From the NCBI GenBank assembly GCA_043228905.1, contig JBHGNT010000010.1, forward strand, positions 744,001 to 808,000: a DNA stretch of 64,000 nt, read 5' to 3'. This DNA comes from Azolla caroliniana (lineage: Eukaryota; Plantae; Polypodiophyta). A program made the position numbers and the translations under genes. The notes beneath the pieces were generated by a model, which searched no databases, was not told where the DNA came from, and was given only the letters and a program-made list of their open reading frames with translations. Below, piece after piece: positions 26,321 to 37,711 of the stretch (position 1 is its first letter; each line of letters starts with the position of its first letter).

Positions 26321-29300
26321 TGTTGTAGACAAGGCCGTGTCGATGCGGAAGATCAAGAAGCATTCGATTCGAGTTTGAGTACCTGCGTATGACAGTTTCC
26401 AAGATCGTGCACAGAGAGAGAGAGAGAGAGAGGAGGCACAAAAGACTCTTTCTATTCCATAGAAACAATAATACAACCAACCTTACAAAAAGGTTACTAG
26501 GTCACTTTATATAGTGACCGACTTAGGGCAACTACCATTTATGCTAATTACACAAATGGCCCAAACTTGAGCTATACAAAGGGATAGTGTGAATACGTCC
26601 ATTATACACTTGTATTCGACACTCCCCCGTAATGGGCGTATACATGGGTTATCTAAGATTACACGTATAAACCTAGGTTCTCGGACATATCAGTTTTGTT
26701 CGAGTCGGCAGGGTCCGAAGGCAGAAGACCGGACTGGTCGGGTCGGAAGAGTTGAAGCCGATCATTAAGGAACTGATGTCGGTTGTCTGAAACCATCCTG
26801 CGCTGTGTCCGGCTCTAACCGGACTGGTTTGTCGTTACGCCCATCTGATGCCGAAGGGACCGAAAGCGGTCTGCCGAAAGACACTTGGTCATTCCATCTG
26901 CGACATTGTCGGTTGTGGATATTTTCTCTAGACCGATTTTCCCTGAAATGACGCAGTCCCGAACGAAGTGATATCGAACGTCGATATGTTTGGAGGCGTT
27001 GTGGTGAACCGGATTTTTCGACAAGGCAACAGCACCTTGATTGTCGCTATAGACAACTGGGGCCGAGTCATGGTCGACTTGTCGAAATGTGTGCGCCAGC
27101 CGGCCGAGCCACAAAGCTTCTTTTGCAGCGTCGGACGCAGCTACATATTCTGCTTCGGTCGTTGAGGTCGCTGTGCACTCCTGAAGTTTTGACTTCCACG
27201 AAATTGCTCCATTGCCGAATTTGAAGCAGTATCCAGTTGTTGATTTCCGACTGTCTATACAGCCGGCGAAGTCCGAGTCGGTGTAACCGACTACGCCTGA
27301 GGTTGAGTTCGGACCGAAAAGAATGTCGTGGTCTTTTGTGCCAGCCAGATATTTGAACACATGCTTGACTGCGTTCCAATGCGATCGGCCAAGATTGTGC
27401 ATAAATCTGCTAACGACTCCTACGGCATGAGAAATATCAGGCCGTGTCGCGACCATCAGGTACATAAGGGAGCCGACTGCCGGTGCATACGGTACCGACT
27501 TCATATCTTCCCCCTCCGGACCGGATGTCGGGCAGTCTCGCTGAGAGAGCCGAAGATTCATGGGGAGCGGGGTTGAAGCAGATTTGGCTGATTGCATGTT
27601 GAAGCGTTCCAAGACACGTCCGATATAGTCGGTCTGAGACAAAAAAAGATGTCGTTTATCACGATGCCGACTAATCTTCATGCCAAGTATGTGTCGTGCC
27701 GGACCGAGGTCCTTCATGGCAAGCTTCAACCGCAATTGCCGAATGAGATCGGCAAGTTCGCCTGCGTGGCGTCCAGAAATTAGCATGTCGTCCACGTAAA
27801 TGATGAGGAAGATGGGTGATCCATCTTGAGCTGTGTTGGTAAAAAGACAATGGTCCTCATCGCTTTTGGAGAAGCCGATCGATTGGATGAAGTCGTCGAA
27901 CTTCTTGTACCATTGTCGCAGTGCTTGTTTGAGGCCGTATAGACTCTTCCTGAGTCGGCAGACTAGATGTTCTTGGCCAGTTGCCACGAAGCCTTTTGGC
28001 TGCTCCATATAAATTTCCTCTTCAAGATCACCATGGAGGAAGGCTGTTTTGACATCTAGCTGAATCAGCTCCAAGTTGTCGGCTGCCACTACGCCGAGTA
28101 GAAAACGAAGGGTTGTCATTTTCACCACTGGTGAAAAAATCTCGTCGAAGTCGACGCCATATTCTTGTCGGAAGCCCTTCGCAACTAATCTGGCCTTGTA
28201 CTTTGGGGTGGTCGAATCAGACGTCTCTTTTAGTCGATAAACCCACTTGCAAGGAAGAGCACGTCGATTCTTAGGTAATTCGACCAGATCCCAAGTCTTG
28301 TTTGCCCGAATGGAGTGCATTTCCGACTCCATCGCCAGATGCCAGGTGGCTGAATCGACAGATGTCGATGCTTCTTCGTAAGACGTCGGTTCGCCGGCGT
28401 CGGTGAAGAAAATTCCAAGAGAATACCTCTCCGGAGGTTGCGACAGTCTCTCGGATCGTCGAGGTATGATTGGACTGGTCGTATCGGGTATCGAGGTCGG
28501 ATGGTCCGAAAGCGAATTGTTCTGCTGTGCCGAGTCAGAGTTGTCCGAGTCGGTAGTGTAAGGTTCAGCTACCCGTGAAGCTGACTGTGTGTTAAGAGCG
28601 GGGCCTTCTTGAAGGGTCGGCACATCGGAAAATGTTACCCTTCGGACTTCGATCGGTGTTTCGACTGATGGATTCATAGCCGACTCGTTGAACACAACGT
28701 CCGAACTTCGAACGATTTGTCTGCGTTCGGGGTCCCAGAGTCGGTATCCCATTTCGCCGTCTGATCCATATCCAAGGAAAATGCATTTCCTGGACCAAGG
28801 TGCAAGTTTTCGGCGATCATCTTTCGGAATAAGGGCGTACGCCTCGCATTCGAAGATCCTCAGCTTGTCGTAATTCGGCTTACTGCCGATCCATAGTTCC
28901 TGAGGAATTTGAAGTCCTAGAGGTCTGCTTGGCGACATATTGATTATGTGTACTGCCGTGAGTAGAGCCTCTGCCCAGAAGCCATCCGACAGTCCGGAGT
29001 GTTGGAGCATGGAAACTATCCGTTCTTGGATTGTCCGATTCATGCGTTCTGCAATCCCGTTTTGCTCCGGACTGTGTGGTGCCGTAAATTCACGTCGGAT
29101 GCTGCGTTGTTGGCAGAATTTGACGAATTCTTCTGATTTGAACTCTCCCCCATTGTCGATCCGAAAGCATTTCAGTTTTCGGTCAGTTTGATTTTCTACC
29201 ATAGCGAGCCAATCGGAGAAGATCGAGAAGACACGATCTTTGGTGCGAATTGGATAAGCCCACACCTTTCGAGTCGAATCATCAATAAAACTGACGAAGT

Positions 29301-31688
29301 AAGAGGCACCGCCGAGAGACTGATGCGGCATTGGGCCACAGACGTCCGAGTGGACTAAGTCGAGAGGTCTCGTTTCTCTTGGTGCTGATGTCGGGTGTGA
29401 TGCGGCTGCTTGTTTGCCATACTGGCAATGTTCGCAGAATTGATGGTCTGAGAAGGAGAGTTTAGGGATGTATCCGGCTCTAGATAGGTGCGTAATGCCG
29501 GCCTTGCTGAGGTGTCCTAATCTTCTGTGCCATAGTGATGACACAGGAATATCCACCAAAAACAGGTTACCCTCTCTGAGCGTAACATGTAACGGATACA
29601 ATGAGTGTATCTTGGGTCCTCTAGCAAGCAGGAGGTTCCCCCTGTGGAGTGTCCACCCTCCCGAAGAAAAACCGGCACGAATGCCGTCTTCATCTAGTTG
29701 TCCGACTGAGATCAATGGCCTTGAGAGCTCGGGTACATGTCGGACATTGTGAAGTACAAGTGTAGAGCCACCTGCAAGGTTGAGCTCTACTGTGCCGATT
29801 CCAATGATGTCACAGTGTTGCGAGTTGCCGACTCGAACTGAGTCGGAGTGACGGATCGTATATTGCCGAAATTGGGATCGATGAGGAGTCACGTGAAATG
29901 ACGCGCCCGAATCTAAGAGCCATGTGCTCGATTCTTCAGTCGTGAGCAGAACTTCTGATCCGACTGGATCTTCGATTGATAGTATATTCGGGTCGTTTGG
30001 TAGCACATCAACTGAGAAGCTGACGTAATGGATCTCCTCATGCCGGCCACTCTTCTTGTCTGATTTCTGAGACTTGTCGTTCTTGTTCTTGAGTGCGCGG
30101 CAGTCGGCTTTGATGTGTCCGGGTTTCTTGCAATAGTTGCAGATTCGATTATCCCGTGACTGGCTCCGTCTTTGCTGATTGTTCGGCTGCCGTGAGGAAT
30201 CTCTTCCTCGTATGTTCGATCGGTCTGTCGAACCTTGTACTACATAAGCGTCGTCTGTTGAGTCTTTGGCGAAAGACTTTCTCCGAGCTGCTTCGGTCAG
30301 GATTGCGCTCGTGACTTCGGAGTATTTAACAGCCGTGGTTGACGCGTTGCACACAGTTGTGACGAAAGTTTCCCATGATGAGGGAAGGCTGCTCATGAGT
30401 ATCATTGCTCTGAGTTCATCCTCGATTGCCGTCCCCTGAGATGAGATTTGGGAGCTTATGCTTTCGTACTCATTGAGATGTGCTTGAACCGAATCTGATT
30501 CCTTCATCCGCAGGTTGTAGAGGCGCCGGATCAGAAACATCTTCGTTGCAGCGACCTTCTTTTCGTAGGTGTCCGACAGTGTTTTCCACAGTTCGAATGC
30601 TGTCGTACACGATTGCACCGTAAAGTATACCGATTCCGATAGGTGCATCCGAATCGTGGCGCGGACGATTCTGTCCAGCTTCTGCCACTCAATTGGTTTG
30701 TATCCTTCTGGAGGTTCTTCATTTTCGATGGGATCGATTTGCCCCTTGACTATGAGATAGTCCTGCATTTGTTCCTTCCAGAAGTTGAAGTTCGATCCAT
30801 CGAACTTTCGTAGACTCATTTCTGACGAACCGGATGTTGATGTCATGACTCTGCCCTAAGTCGGCTACGAACTTTCGTGAAGTGCAGCGATTTGGCCCAC
30901 TCAGTGTCGTTCTAGCCGGAGTTGGACACAAGTGATGTTGATTACGGAGAATCGGGGATTTGGTTCGGATTGACTACCGACAACTGTCTTAGTCGAGTTG
31001 AACCTAGATTTAACGATCCGACAGTACTTCAAGCCGATTCAGTTTCGGTTGACTGCAACAGTGAGAGCAATGGAACCGACTGGTCCTTCTGATTATTGTC
31101 CAATCGAATGAAACACGAACTGGGGTTGTCCTTGAAGTCGTCGTTGTGCAGAAAGCCCACCTCAAGCAGTTACGATCAGGGAAGTAGAGTACAGCCGACT
31201 GGCTTACTCCGAGTGATGATCTAACGCAGCGAGATTCAAGCTTGTGTTTGCCTACTTTCTTCTCTGTTTCTTCGAATGACGCAAGAGGCCGGATGCTTTG
31301 CAGACTAGGATGAAGCGAAAGGCCGAATACTGTGTAGGCTGAGACGACGGCCGACAGCGGGTTGAGGAACCTAGCTCTGATACCAGATGTTGTAGACAAG
31401 GCCGTGTCGATGCGGAAGATCAAGAAGCATTCGATTCGAGTTTGAGTACCTGCGTATGACAGTTTCCAAGATCGTGCACAGAGAGAGAGAGAGAGAGAGG
31501 AGGCACAAAAGACTCTTTCTATTCCATAGAAACAATAATACAACCAACCTTACAAAAAGGTTACTAGGTCACTTTATATAGTGACCGACTTAGGGCAACT
31601 ACCATTTATGCTAATTACACAAATGGCCCAAACTTGAGCTATACAAAGGGATAGTGTGAATACGTCCATTATACACTTGTATTCGACA
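26321..31688 (-). mobile_element. Full-length young Ty1/Copia element E nested in D
   Basis: 301-bp LTRs 26321..26621 and 31388..31688, identical by eye; TSD TCCTC; PBS tRNA-iMet 31368..31385; PPT at 26622. Confidence 0.97.
26815..30846 (-). CDS. Copia Gag-Pol polyprotein (1343 aa), uninterrupted
   Basis: Gag, CNYCKKPGHIKADC, WLLDSGAS, LWHRRLGH..CEHC, HSDVCGP/DNGGEF/AERMNRT, RT YVDDML, RNaseH YTDSDFAG..TEAEY..DNQGA..ADGMTK. Confidence 0.97.
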   Translation of the reverse strand: MTSTSGSSEMSLRKFDGSNFNFWKEQMQDYLIVKGQIDPIENEEPPEGYKPIEWQKLDRIVRATIRMHLSESVYFTVQSCTTAFELWKTLSDTYEKKVAATKMFLIRRLYNLRMKESDSVQAHLNEYESISSQISSQGTAIEDELRAMILMSSLPSSWETFVTTVCNASTTAVKYSEVTSAILTEAARRKSFAKDSTDDAYVVQGSTDRSNIRGRDSSRQPNNQQRRSQSRDNRICNYCKKPGHIKADCRALKNKNDKSQKSDKKSGRHEEIHYVSFSVDVLPNDPNILSIEDPVGSEVLLTTEESSTWLLDSGASFHVTPHRSQFRQYTIRHSDSVRVGNSQHCDIIGIGTVELNLAGGSTLVLHNVRHVPELSRPLISVGQLDEDGIRAGFSSGGWTLHRGNLLLARGPKIHSLYPLHVTLREGNLFLVDIPVSSLWHRRLGHLSKAGITHLSRAGYIPKLSFSDHQFCEHCQYGKQAAASHPTSAPRETRPLDLVHSDVCGPMPHQSLGGASYFVSFIDDSTRKVWAYPIRTKDRVFSIFSDWLAMVENQTDRKLKCFRIDNGGEFKSEEFVKFCQQRSIRREFTAPHSPEQNGIAERMNRTIQERIVSMLQHSGLSDGFWAEALLTAVHIINMSPSRPLGLQIPQELWIGSKPNYDKLRIFECEAYALIPKDDRRKLAPWSRKCIFLGYGSDGEMGYRLWDPERRQIVRSSDVVFNESAMNPSVETPIEVRRVTFSDVPTLQEGPALNTQSASRVAEPYTTDSDNSDSAQQNNSLSDHPTSIPDTTSPIIPRRSERLSQPPERYSLGIFFTDAGEPTSYEEASTSVDSATWHLAMESEMHSIRANKTWDLVELPKNRRALPCKWVYRLKETSDSTTPKYKARLVAKGFRQEYGVDFDEIFSPVVKMTTLRFLLGVVAADNLELIQLDVKTAFLHGDLEEEIYMEQPKGFVATGQEHLVCRLRKSLYGLKQALRQWYKKFDDFIQSIGFSKSDEDHCLFTNTAQDGSPIFLIIYVDDMLISGRHAGELADLIRQLRLKLAMKDLGPARHILGMKISRHRDKRHLFLSQTDYIGRVLERFNMQSAKSASTPLPMNLRLSQRDCPTSGPEGEDMKSVPYAPAVGSLMYLMVATRPDISHAVGVVSRFMHNLGRSHWNAVKHVFKYLAGTKDHDILFGPNSTSGVVGYTDSDFAGCIDSRKSTTGYCFKFGNGAISWKSKLQECTATSTTEAEYVAASDAAKEALWLGRLAHTFRQVDHDSAPVVYSDNQGAVALSKNPVHHNASKHIDVRYHFVRDCVISGKIGLEKISTTDNVADGMTKCLSADRFRSLRHQMGVTTNQSG

Positions 31689-33124
31689 TCCTCCTCCGGC
31701 CTCTCTTGCCATCCCCTGACTCCGGCCCTGTGCAGTCCACTAGGCTCTTGTCACCTCTTCCCCGGCACCTCTCTTGTGCCGTCTTTCGCTTCCTTCATTC
31801 GGCCCCGCCCGCGCCGAACACCGTCCCGTAGTCACGCTTCAATCCGGCCCGCGATGGCCATTTGCGAGACTCTTGTTCTGTTCCAAGTGTGCCTTTCCGG
31901 CCTGACACAGCTCCCCGTAGTTTGCCCCTACCGGCTCCTTCCGAAACCTCATGTCGTCGGGTCCCGTTCCCTGCCGCCATCAACCTTCTCTCTCGGTCTC
32001 ATGTTGCCACGTTGGCCGAACTGCCAGAGTCTCCGGATCGGTGTGAGGGTCCCATAGGACCAAACTCTGTTTCTATGCTTGCCGAAATTCGGGTGCCTTT
32101 GTTTTGAGTCACTCCCGGACTCTCCTCGTGTCTTCCGCGTAACCGGGTCCCGTTTCCCGCCGCCACCTTCCTTCTCCCTCGGTCTTACGTTGCCACGTTG
32201 GTAGAACAACCGGAGTCTTCAGAACCAGTGTGGGGATCCCGTAGGACCAGACTTCCTTACGCCCATTGCCTTCATCACCTTGCCGCCACCGTCAGTATCT
32301 TGGTCTTACGTCGAACGCGTTGCCGACTGTCGAAGTCTCTAGAACTGGTGTGAAGGATCCTCCTTGGGCCTCCGATTTGTAGACCCTGCCTTCGTCCCCT
32401 CGCCGCCACCGTCAGTATCTTGGTCTTACGTCGACCGCGTTGCCGACTGCCGAAGTCTCTAGAACCGGTGTGAAGGATCCTTTTTGGGCTTCCGATTTGT
32501 CTTGCCGACCCTGTCCCAGGTCGTCCTTTTCCGCATGCCGAGAGGGCGTTTTGTTCCGCACCCTCTCCCGTGGTACCAACATACCGTGTCCTCGGCCTCT
32601 TCGTAGGCCTGCTATCTTCCTCCCTCCCGGAATGGTCATCCGGGAGTCCGCTCCGCCCAGTTCTCGTCCAGGTCCGTTCGTCCTTCTCCGGATTGCCGAG
32701 TCCCGTTCTCCTGTCGCCACCGATCTCTCTTATAGGACTCACACCGGCACTCGGGCCTGCAGCCGGATCGGCGTAAGGAATCCCATAGGACCGGCTTTCA
32801 TTCTCTTTCCAAATCTCGACCTTCGCTTGGTCGGTCTTTCTCCCCATGTAAAAGAGGGCGGCTCGTCCCGCACCCCCTTCCGTGCCGGCACTTTTATGCC
32901 GAATCCGGCCCCGATCGAACGATCCACGACCGGATTACGCTCCACCCGTATCGAAATGCCGATCTCCTCGTGCCGCGTCCGTCCTTGGCCTCCTCGCAGG
33001 CCGTTTCCCATCCGACTTCGCTAGCATCGTGCCACGACTCCTCGGTACCGCCATCCATGTCCTCGGTCTTACATGGGCATACGGGCCCGAATGCCGAGTT
33101 ATCCGGAATCGGGTCCGTGGGCTT

Positions 33125-34333
33125 TCATCTGTTCCTTCCCCGTATCGTCTCGCCGGTGATTCTTGGTCCATCGCCGCCGCCTTCCTCTGCTTGGGACTTA
33201 CGTGGGCACTCGGGCCCGACTGCCATCGTCTCGGGAGCAAGTGTGGGAAGGCACAAAGAATCGCCCGTCCGTTTTACGCTTTTGTCCGTAGCCACCGACT
33301 CTCCGTGGTCGGCGGTCGTCTTGTTACCAATCGCACAAGCCCCGCCTGGGCTTGCTTCTCCGATTTCCGGGATCTCGGGCTGACACGCCCGAAACCGTTG
33401 GTCCCAACGTTCCGATTCCGCGATCTGTATCTTGGCCTCGTCCTTGGCCGTTCTATCTCCGCAAGTCGAGAGGGAGTTTCGTTCCGCGCCCTCTCCCGTG
33501 GTACCATCGTACCGATCTTCCGCCGTCGCGTGGCGCAAGTCCGTCTTCTCAGTCTCAGCTTGCGGCTTCCGTCTTTCCTCTTCCTCGAGCATCGCCTCAA
33601 GAGCTGCGTACGCCTCCGCAATCCTGGCCCCAACGCCGACCCTTGCCGACTCTCTTTGCCGTTCGGCCTCTTCCCGTTGTGATGGCACGCCGTCGCGTAC
33701 CTTCCTCTTAGCCTTCTCGGCTCGCTCGTTGTCTAGCCGTTGGCACACCCTTCCGACCTTCGACCAGTCCTCCGTAAGCCCATTCGCTCCGTCATCATCT
33801 TCGAGCTCAATCCCGATGGCTTCTCGTTCCGCTCGGTCGATCGACCTGACGAACAAAAGGACTTTGTCCGCCCCCACCAAACCTTGTTCCCGCTCCGGGA
33901 GCCGAGCAAGCTGTCGCTCGAACTCTCGGAACGCCTTGGTCGCGCCCCGGTGGGTCTTTGCCGATGCTACCCACAGGTCAAAGTCGTGTCGTCCCCGGCT
34001 CTTCCGCCGTCCTCCGTATGCCTTCAGGAGCGCCTCTTCGAAGGCCTCCCACGAACTATGAGCCTCATGGAGCTTCTTTATTTCCGCATGCATCCGGACA
34101 GCCACGACCCGACAGAAGAACTCCAGCCTCAACGCCTCGTTTACGCCACGCTCCTCCATTTCCGCGTTGTAGGCTTCCAAGTAAGATGGGACTCTGTCCC
34201 CGCTGAAACGGCCGACTCTTTCGACCACTCGCTCAACCGCTTGTTGCGTTGCTTCTTGCCTCATCATCACTCGTGCCGATTCCAACACCACTTCGGCCAC
34301 CATCTCCGCGAGGTCGTCGTCTTCCAACTCCAT
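33125..34333 (-). CDS. Gag-like protein of element D (402 aa)
   Basis: Starts about 15 nt after the PBS; retrotransposon-gag-like helices (FSGDRVPSYLEAYN...SSWEAFEEALLKAY), then a charged low-complexity tail. Confidence 0.75.
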   Translation of the reverse strand: MELEDDDLAEMVAEVVLESARVMMRQEATQQAVERVVERVGRFSGDRVPSYLEAYNAEMEERGVNEALRLEFFCRVVAVRMHAEIKKLHEAHSSWEAFEEALLKAYGGRRKSRGRHDFDLWVASAKTHRGATKAFREFERQLARLPEREQGLVGADKVLLFVRSIDRAEREAIGIELEDDDGANGLTEDWSKVGRVCQRLDNERAEKAKRKVRDGVPSQREEAERQRESARVGVGARIAEAYAALEAMLEEEERRKPQAETEKTDLRHATAEDRYDGTTGEGAERNSLSTCGDRTAKDEAKIQIAESERWDQRFRACQPEIPEIGEASPGGACAIGNKTTADHGESVATDKSVKRTGDSLCLPTLAPETMAVGPECPRKSQAEEGGGDGPRITGETIRGRNR

Positions 34334-34500
34334 CCTCCCTTGCCGCCTTTCACGTCGGGTTCACCAAATATGTCGCGTTGTTACGCGCGTGCGTGGAGAA
34401 AGGCGGGACCACGGGGGTCTTGGACTAGGGAGTGATGGAGCGTAGGAAGTCGTGCTTCACCGTTTCCGGGGCATCCCAGAAGCACACCGGAAGCAACCGA

Positions 34501-34542
<42 letters not shown>

Positions 34543-35424
34543 CTTAACACCGACTCACGCACACTCACTCACACACACACACACACACAGGCCAACCCGA
34601 CTCACACCCTTAAGTACAAGAAGTGTAGGAAAGGGGAAGCACCCGACACCAACGAAGACGCGAATATACACAGACAGACGCAAACGTATATATGTATATA
34701 AAAAAAAGAATACATTCCCGGCTTCGAGCCGTTCCAAGGCAGGTTACAGTAGTCGTCAGCTGCCAAGCCGCCGTCGGGGAGCTCACGGGCTCGTCTCGCC
34801 GAGCGGGGTCTTGCGCAGGAGATGAGCTGAAGCAAACCCTAAGCGAACACGAAGGAGAAGAAGAAAAAGAAAAAGAAACTAACTCTAAACCTAATGGTAT
34901 ACCCTCTAATGCAAAATGGGCAACCCTTTCACAAAGGGCGTTCCCTTCCTTTTATAGAACAAGGAAAGGGATGGGTTACAATGTGGGACAAATCCCGACT
35001 TACATGGGATCGTCTGCCCCGACTTGACCACTCTTCGGCGCCATAAAGGCGCCCTCGATATTCACACTAAATGTACATGGGTGCGTACACACGCTGCACC
35101 CCGCCGATGTAGCCAATGTTTCCCGGTTTCCGCCTCTGGCCGAAATTCTTCACGACAACGTGGTGACAAGCGCCAACGATAACGGGACCTACCATCTCGC
35201 GGAGCTTGGCGGGACAAGGATGGCAGTACCGATGGCCGAGAAAAGGATCAAAGTGTTCAAAAAGCGGCATGAGGATGAACCGGACCCAAATGACTTGGAT
35301 TGTGAAGAGGATCGGTTCGGGGCGAATAGCAATCCGGAGGACTAAGGGTAAGCGCGGGCAGGTCTTCTCCGGCAAGAGTCTATTTAGGCGCATACCGGTG
35401 GATGCGTGGTCAGGTGGGGGCGGA

Positions 35425-36090
35425 TGTCGTGGAGAAAACCGTCCCTAGGCGGAATCGAAGAATAGTGCGCGCGAACTAGCCCTTATACGTAGGCACAAGT
35501 TTTGTTGTAATTTATATATTTAGGTACGAGTCGGCTGATGTGAATATCCTAGGTAGCACACATTTGTTAAGTAGAAAATCGAGACGTATCTTTGTCCGAA
35601 AGGACAAAGGATAAAGATGATGTAACGGGTTGTGACGGCCTCCCTCCTTGGGCTATAAAAGAGAGGGAGAGGAATCGTAATGGGGATCGCTTTTGTCGAA
35701 GACAAAGTGATGTCGGACTGGGACCGAGCTCTTCTCCTCTGTCTTTCTCTATATTTGCGTTGTGCAAGTTTTCGGGAGGCTGACTCTGCTCCGCAGAACG
35801 CCCGAGTGCTTCCGGTAGAGTCTCCATCTCGTGTCTGTGTGCGTGTGTGCGTGTAGGCGTCAGAGCTTGTCACTCACTGGCCCACCGGTTGTAACCCCTT
35901 TTCATCTGATATATATATATATATACATACACACATTCATCTTGTTTCAATTAGTTGCAGTTTTTGTGTATTTGTGTGCGTGCGAAGCACGACCGTTGTC
36001 TTTCCTGCTCCCCTCCATCTCTCTTGTTCCTCGGTATAAGGCCCCCGTGGTCCCGCCTCGTTCCATACGCACGCACGTAATAACGCGACA
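35425..36090 (+). repeat. 3' LTR of Gypsy C
   Basis: TGTCGTG...CGCGACA; follows the PPT; U5 end closely resembles the U5 of the D LTR. Confidence 0.85.
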
Positions 36091-37225
36091 ACATAATATC
36101 GGCATCCGTCGAATGTAGCCGTATGCATCGGTCCGCATACGTCGGAATGGACTACGTCGAATAGACCTTTGCTCACGTTCCGCTCTTTCGGGAATGGGTG
36201 TCAGTGTTGCTTGCCAAATTGGCACGCTTCGCATACACCTTCAATCTCCTTCTCTTTGAATGTCGGGAGTCGGATGACAACTCTCAATTTCATTGCTTTG
36301 AGTTTGTTGAGATTGATGTGGCTGATTCGTTTGTGCCATAGCTCTATGTCGGAGTCGGCTTTTGTGCTTTTTGTGAACATGGCAGATTTATCTCGTGTGA
36401 ATCGAGAATGAACATCTAGCCCTCTCTTTTGCTGCGTGCGATGATTTGGCCCTCTTTTTCGATGAAGCACCCTTCTTGGTTAAATCGTACTTGCATCCCT
36501 TGCTCAACCATTTGGCCGACCGAGACCAAGTTCTTCGTGATGGTGGGAACATGCAAGCCCTTTTTAATGTATGTTTGCTTACCTCTTTCGCTGAACGGAA
36601 AATTGCCGATGTGCCGAATCGGGTTCGTAGTGTCATCTCCGGTTTCGACATAACCGGGTCGCTCCGGCTCTCGAAGTTCGAGAAACCATTCTTTATGAGA
36701 TGTCATATGGTTTGAGGCACCAGAGTCAACAAACCATACGTCCTCCGGATTGAGGGCACTAGTTGAGGTAGAGGCCGACATATAGTTTGCTCTATGTTTC
36801 ATCATGAACATTCCGCCATGGTCGGAGTTGTGTGCATACATTCTGCGACGATCTTCGTAGTTGGAGTTGTGCCTGTACATTCCGCTATACTCTTCATAGT
36901 TGGAATTGTGCGCGTAATTCGTGAGTTGTTGGCTTGTGGAAGCCGATTCACGCATCTTCTTTCGGCACTCTTCTTCGTGGTGGCCGAGCTTTCCGCAGTA
37001 TCCGCATTTGGTTGCGTTTTGACGGCTCGGGCCGGAGTGGAAGCTCCCCCTTCTTGTGAAGGTTCCTCGTTGCCTTCCGTTTTGCGGCCGAAATTGGGAG
37101 TTGTTGTCGTAGGTCGGACCTCGTCCGCCTTGTCCTTGGCCGAATCGGCCTCTCAATCGTCCGCGTCCTCTTCCTCCGTTCGAGTACGTGTACATGTGGC
37201 CTTCCGACTCATTGCTCCTTGTACG

Positions 37226-37711
37226 TGAAGTTAAAATCGTTGTCGGCCATGACCGATTGTACGTGTGCGGAATAATAGTCAATCTAATGGAAAGGAAAAA
37301 CAGAATACATAAACTGAGAATGACACAGATTTTAACGTGGAAACTCGAACTGGGGAAAAAAAAACCACGTGGAGTCCACAAACTCCGAACAGAACACTAT
37401 GAGAGAAATGAATACAATCAGAGATCTCAGAGGCAACGACCTCGTGATCCTGCTTCGCCAACAGGTAGCTATGGAGCTCACTCACACTAGATCACTCTCA
37501 CAGTTACGGAGGCAACAACCTCGTCTACAGTAACTTTACAATAACGCACACATCTAACATGATTTCCCTAAGTACTTATATACCTTTCAACTATTTACAA
37601 GTTTAGCCTTCCGTGTTGGCTATCTCCACCATTTCCGGATTCGGCCTCGGCCGAGTTGCTAATCAACACGGTGCTTCTCACTTCCCATCCGGAGGGACCT
37701 GTTTCCTAACA
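37226..37711 (-). mobile_element. Solo LTR B2 (same family as the B1 LTR) in the gag of A
   Basis: TG...CA; perfect TSD GTACG (37221..37225 / 37712..37716); homologous to 18781..19253. Confidence 0.93.

Larger units (their letters stand above)
24703..35157 (-). mobile_element. Non-autonomous gag-only LTR element D (Gypsy C-related), inserted in the integrase of C
   Basis: LTRs 24703..25487 and 34371..35157 with few differences; 4-bp TSD ACGT; PBS 34349..34366 is an 18-nt match to the plant tRNA-Trp 3' end (TTCACGTCGGGTTCACCA); PPT identical to that of C; no pol motifs. Confidence 0.88.
19670..36090 (+). mobile_element. Ty3/Gypsy LTR retrotransposon C (degenerate gag-PR-RT-RH-INT, no chromodomain), inserted in the integrase of A
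   Basis: Gag tail (19848..); protease LEDHGSEIN (20303..); RT YSVGDLYSGYDQF / LPQG (21315..); RNaseH VTVDTSLTGIG, ETDCLPI; integrase HESPWIGHRG...CESC, WMVDLV, ADRGE; WFGPY|VV split by D; PPT AGGTGGGGGCGGA; 3' LTR 35425..36090. A's integrase resumes at 36091. Confidence 0.88.

Noticed and set aside
31656-34435. Many long overlapping ORFs on both strands in element D
   Set aside because: High GC content and antisense shadows of the gag-like ORF; no pol or env motifs.
18781-37711. B1 and B2 as the two LTRs of one 19-kb element
   Set aside because: B2 has its own TSD (GTACG) on both sides, no PBS, and is flanked by contiguous A gag.
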